Source: Vitrella brassicaformis CCMP3155 (lineage: Eukaryota > Protista > Chromerida). From it: a stretch of DNA of 64,000 nt. This document shows, piece after piece, positions 60,001 through 64,000 of the stretch (its first letter is position 1; every line of letters starts with the position of its first letter). A program made the position numbers and the translations under genes. The DNA lies in contig CDMY01000442.1 in assembly GCA_001179505.1 (NCBI GenBank), positions 11,912 to 75,911 of the forward strand, read 5' to 3'. The notes beneath the pieces were generated by a model. That model had not been told where the DNA came from and made no database searches. It saw only the letters and a program-made list of their open reading frames with translations.

Positions 60001-63000
60001 CTCTTCCGTCATCCGTGCCTCCCGCTCCTCCCGCTCTTTCAGCTCCATCGCCCGTCGCACATCCTCTGCGTCACGAGCCCTCAACTCCGCCTCGAGCTGC
60101 TCTTTCGTCGGACCGGCCAGACCTTTTCCTTTCTCTGAAGAAGGAAGAAAGAAGTGTCATAGACTCGCGAAGGGTCTCGTCACTGTTGCAGCGTACGTGG
60201 GGTCTTCTGCCTTTTGCGTCCGATGGCTTTGGCTGTGGGCGCGAGTGCTGCTGCTGGGGCGGGGGTTGCGGGCGCTTCTGCTGGTGTGGGTGTCTCAACC
60301 TCGTCCTTGGTCTCTGGAGTACGGATCTTGTCCTTCTCTTTGTCTCTGTCCTTCTTTTCCTTTGCCGCAGGCCACGCTGGCCGACTGCGGGCAGACGGCT
60401 CTCGGGATGGCACATTTGCTTCGCTTGGCGGGGGCGGGATGTGATAGTCTTCGTCGGTCTGCACACCAGCTGCCTTCAGATCGACGGGCGGCTCATCCTG
60501 ACGAGACGGCGCTGTTGGTGGAGGGGTGACGTCAGCAGCTGACGCAGGGACAGCAGCCACCCTGCAAAGCACACATACATCCACAGATAAATGTGTGACA
60601 TTGGTTCTCTCAAGCTTGTCTTTCGTTCATGCATACTCGTCTGGCTCCACTTCCTCTGGCTCTATTTGCTCCTCCATTCTCTCCATGGGGCTGGGTGTCA
60701 TCGATGTGGATCTCTCGAGCTGCCGTGGCGTCATGCTTGTTGCCCTCTCTGTCAGAGACACAGGAGGTGCCTCTACTGGCTCAGCAACGGGAAGAGGAAC
60801 AGGCTCGGCACTTGCCTCCGGCAATGCCGGTCGTTCCGGTGGCGGCTTCCTGACAGCAGCTGGAGGCGCTTTGCGGGCGGCAGGAGGGGGCTCTTTCTTG
60901 GCTTGCTTGGGTGGTCTCCTCTTCCTTCGCACCTCCGGCAGCGGCAAGGCTTTCGGCTCCGGGCGCTCCCCTATCAGTCCCGCCCAGCCTTTGAATTCCT
61001 TCTTGGCTGCCTTTTCCCTCTCACGTGCCTTGGCCTTGACAGCGTCCAGTGTGGCCTTGCGCTTGAGTATCTTCATCCTCTCATCCCGGGACAGCACATC
61101 CAAAGCGCCACCCGTGACAGCATACTTCATCTTCAGCTCGTCAAGCTGCGCGGCCAGCCGGGTGTTGGCCTGCGTCATCGAAACACAACGGGTGAAAACT
61201 GACCGGGTTCGATGTGGCTGGATGTGTGTGTGTGTGTACCAGCCGTAGCGCCCTGTTGATGGATTGCAACGAGTAGACCTTGGTGCGCGCTTCCGACGCC
61301 TCACGGACCCTGGCTTGCATTCGTAGCATTTGCTCACGGTACTTCTCGGCGAGCTAGACATGGAGGCGATAAAGGAGAGGCATGTGTGGGATGCAAAGCC
61401 TCCTCTATCGCGTACCTTTTTCTCAAGCTGCTCCAGCTGCACAGCGGGACACACGACACAGAAAGGCAACCAATGCGACATCGACCAGGGTAGTACCATA
61501 AATGGCCACCCTCTTACTTCGCGTTGTATGTTCAACTCTCTTCTGCTAGGAGACACTTCTTCCTGTCCTTCGCGAGCCTTTCGTAGGAACTCGCCCATGA
61601 AGCTCTCACCCAGCTGATCCACACGCTCGATCCAGCCGTCGTCGTCTTCTTGCTCCGATTGGACGGAGCTGTCCCTCCCTTGTGAGTGTGTGCCAACCCG
61701 TGACCAGGAGCTTGGCGGCCGCACCCGCAGTTCGGTCCGCTGCGACAGGAAAAACGAGCTCTTCTCGCCTTGGGGCGATTCTGCTGCTGCTGTTGCTGTT
61801 TTCGGCTGCTGCATCATGGTGACGATTCGGCCGTCGCTGAGTTGTGTCTGCATCAGTCGGGTGGTCTCCTGCCGCTGCATCGCCGGCTGCTTCACAGCGT
61901 CCATCGGAATTAATTTCACCTGGCCGTACAGAGATTCACGCAGGCTGGGCTTCCTCTTCCCAGCAGTCCTCTCAGCAGGAGAGGGGAGAGGGGTGGCGGC
62001 CTCAAGCGTTTTCATGGGTGCGGGTTGGCCCGAGAGAATCGGGGGAAGGTCAGGCTTCTTCTTCGAGAGCGGCGGCGGCGGTGGTGGTGGAGGTGGTGGA
62101 AATGTGGGCTGTAATGCACTCGGAAAGAGATCGATGCCCAGCGGCACCTCACTCGGCCGCACATATCCAAGGGGACCAGACGGCTCTTTCTTCATCACCG
62201 GTTGACGGCCCAACATCTCGGGCGGCCTCTGTGGCGTCTCAGGCGGCGTCACCATGATGGCTGGTTGAGGAGTGGTTGGCATACTCGACTCTTCACGCCC
62301 GGGCTCAGACGAGACAGCACTGATCGCCGGTGTCGCCAGTAAGAGGCCGCCGCCCTCATCAGATGCCCTCCTCAGCCTAGCCACAAAGCCCTTCCGCAGC
62401 CCTCCTTTCATCGCTTTCGAGTCCTTGCTCTTCACGTCTGCTCCCATACTCGGTTCTTGCCATTCTAGCTCGGTGAAGCCAGTCGAAAGTGCTGCCTCTG
62501 GACCGATAGAGGGCGGGGCGAGGGGGGCAACTGTCGGGGAAGGAGAGGGGGAAGGAAGAAGAGGGGCAGACGGGTGCTTCGGGGACGGAGGCAGCAGATG
62601 GCCGAGCATCGTGATTCGGTGAGAGGCTTGGTCCGAGCCGAACCCAGACAACCCAGAGGCCGCAGATGTCTCCCGCTCCTTTGCCTCCGCCTGTGCCTGG
62701 CTCCGCTTCTCTTTCAGCTTCTTCAGTTCAGAACTGTCCATTGTCGCTCTCCTCGCTCTCTTGACAGATATCACAGGGAGGTCGCGTGTCTCCCTGTGGT
62801 CGACCAAGTGTTTTTTTGAGCCTTTGAGACCTTTCGGCACATTCGTTGGCCTCAAGACGACCCTCTTGCTGCCCTTCTTGATCTCGCCAATCCACTCCGC
62901 CGTCTTGGCAGACCTGGACTCCTCGTCTGACCCGGCGATGCCGGCGATGCTGGTCGTGATGAGGAAGGTGCCCTCGGACGGGACAAGAGGAGACAAATCC

Positions 63001-63410
63001 CGCTGCCTCTTTCTCTGAGACTGCTTCTTGGCAATTGCTGGCCCAGTCGCTTGCTGCCCCATGTCCCGAGCGACCAGCCGGTGGAATGACGTGGGAGACG
63101 GAAGTGGCTCTCGACCAATAGCGGCTTCACCTTGCTCCTGCCTCATCTTGTGCCGCACTCCCCTGAGGATCGACTCGATGTACGGCTCGAGCACCACAGA
63201 TGTGTCGGGATAGCTGGCACCGTCCTTGTCGAGCGAGTGGATCCTCAGCAGTGAGAAGTCGTCTGGCGGCTGCTTGAGGAAGGAAGCAGCCAGAGGCGAT
63301 GTGGCTGCAGAGGGGAGGGGCGGAGGGGAGGTGTTGGGGGGCTGCAGCGCCGATGTCATGTACTCCTCCATTGCCAAACGGCTCAAACCGAACTCCTGCA
63401 ATGCACCCAT
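57027..63410 (-). CDS. Very large Pro-rich/coiled-coil protein with C3HC4 RING and IQ-like motif (possibly two genes split near 58450-58640)
   Basis: Phase-compatible exons link the 927-codon ORF to coiled-coil exons, RING CPAC..CGHTICIDC..CMVC (59306-59443) and TIQQFYRRYR (58884-58910). The junction at 58450-58640 is ambiguous; an alternative ATG is at 58449. Confidence 0.6.
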
Positions 63411-64000
63411 CGCCGACCATTGCGAGCAGAATCACCGCGCTTTGCCCGACACACATGGGCGTACCTGTCGAAGGCGATGAATGGTTTGTAGGAACGACCG
63501 CCCCATGTCCTCCACCGCTCCTGACAGATCAGCATCAGAGTCCATTCCCCTCTCAACAGGACGCAATGAATCAACGGCAAAATCCACAGCTTCTCAAGTC
63601 TTTTTTCGCAGCGAAATAGTCATGCTTCATCATGCCCTACCAGTCCTCAGCGCCAAAAATCAAAACATATCGCTTCGGAGATTGCGAGCTCGGATCGCAC
63701 TTCCCGAGGCACTTGCGACAGAGCGCGACAGACGTCACGGTGCCAACTGTCCACCTAATACTGCCTAACCGAAAACCGAAAAAAACGTTACTTACCCCCA
63801 TGATTGAGTTGGTGATTTCTCGGCTGTTTCTCCTCCTTTTCGGATGAGCGAGCGTGTATCGGACTACACCCAACCCCCTCCACCTACCCTCATCCCGCGA
63901 GACGGCGGCGGGCCCCCCTGTTGCGCATGCAACGAGAAAGGGACGTCTGCGCTGTCCACATGCAGCCGACGATGTGACTGCCGGAATCACAAGCGCCTCT

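Noticed and set aside
1-63410. A calcium-signalling cluster (ferlin, EF-hand protein, CAMK-like kinase, IQ protein)
   Set aside because: The genes are scattered among unrelated housekeeping genes and such domains are common, so there is no evidence of functional clustering.
147-63990. Hundreds of ORFs rich in CVCVCV, THTHTH, MDGWMDG or X
   Set aside because: These are translations of (GT)n, (CA)n and (ATGG)n microsatellites and N gaps, not proteins.

Overview
Eukaryotic, GC-rich, intron-dense genomic DNA with microsatellite-filled introns. Gene content (RAP-domain protein, short ferlin, plastid-targeted fibrillin, flagellar IFT-A gene) suggests a photosynthetic, flagellated relative of apicomplexans such as Vitrella; this is inference, not database-confirmed. 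Most ORF-track entries are intron-interrupted fragments or shadow frames, so I rebuilt spliced models by hand, checking splice phase at many but not all junctions. I find 19 protein-coding loci: ferlin; two tandem paralogues of an unknown secreted/membrane family (one with a premature TAA); an acylated EF-hand protein; a hypothetical protein; a coiled-coil protein; a RAP protein; CSN2; an FKBP-TPR immunophilin; aspartate aminotransferase; HBS1; a coiled-coil/GAS2-like protein; RPS21; a 2-TM Pro/Gly-rich protein; a CAMK-like kinase; WDR35/IFT121; a fibrillin with an internal TAG; a TM-anchored purple acid phosphatase; and a giant coiled-coil/RING/IQ protein. There are three 300-N gaps. No rRNA, tRNA, CRISPR array or recognisable transposon was seen. 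The most striking unexplained features are introns with AC-rich 5' and GT-rich 3' self-complementary arms, eight consecutive head-to-head gene pairs, and recurrent GC-AG introns and micro-exons.
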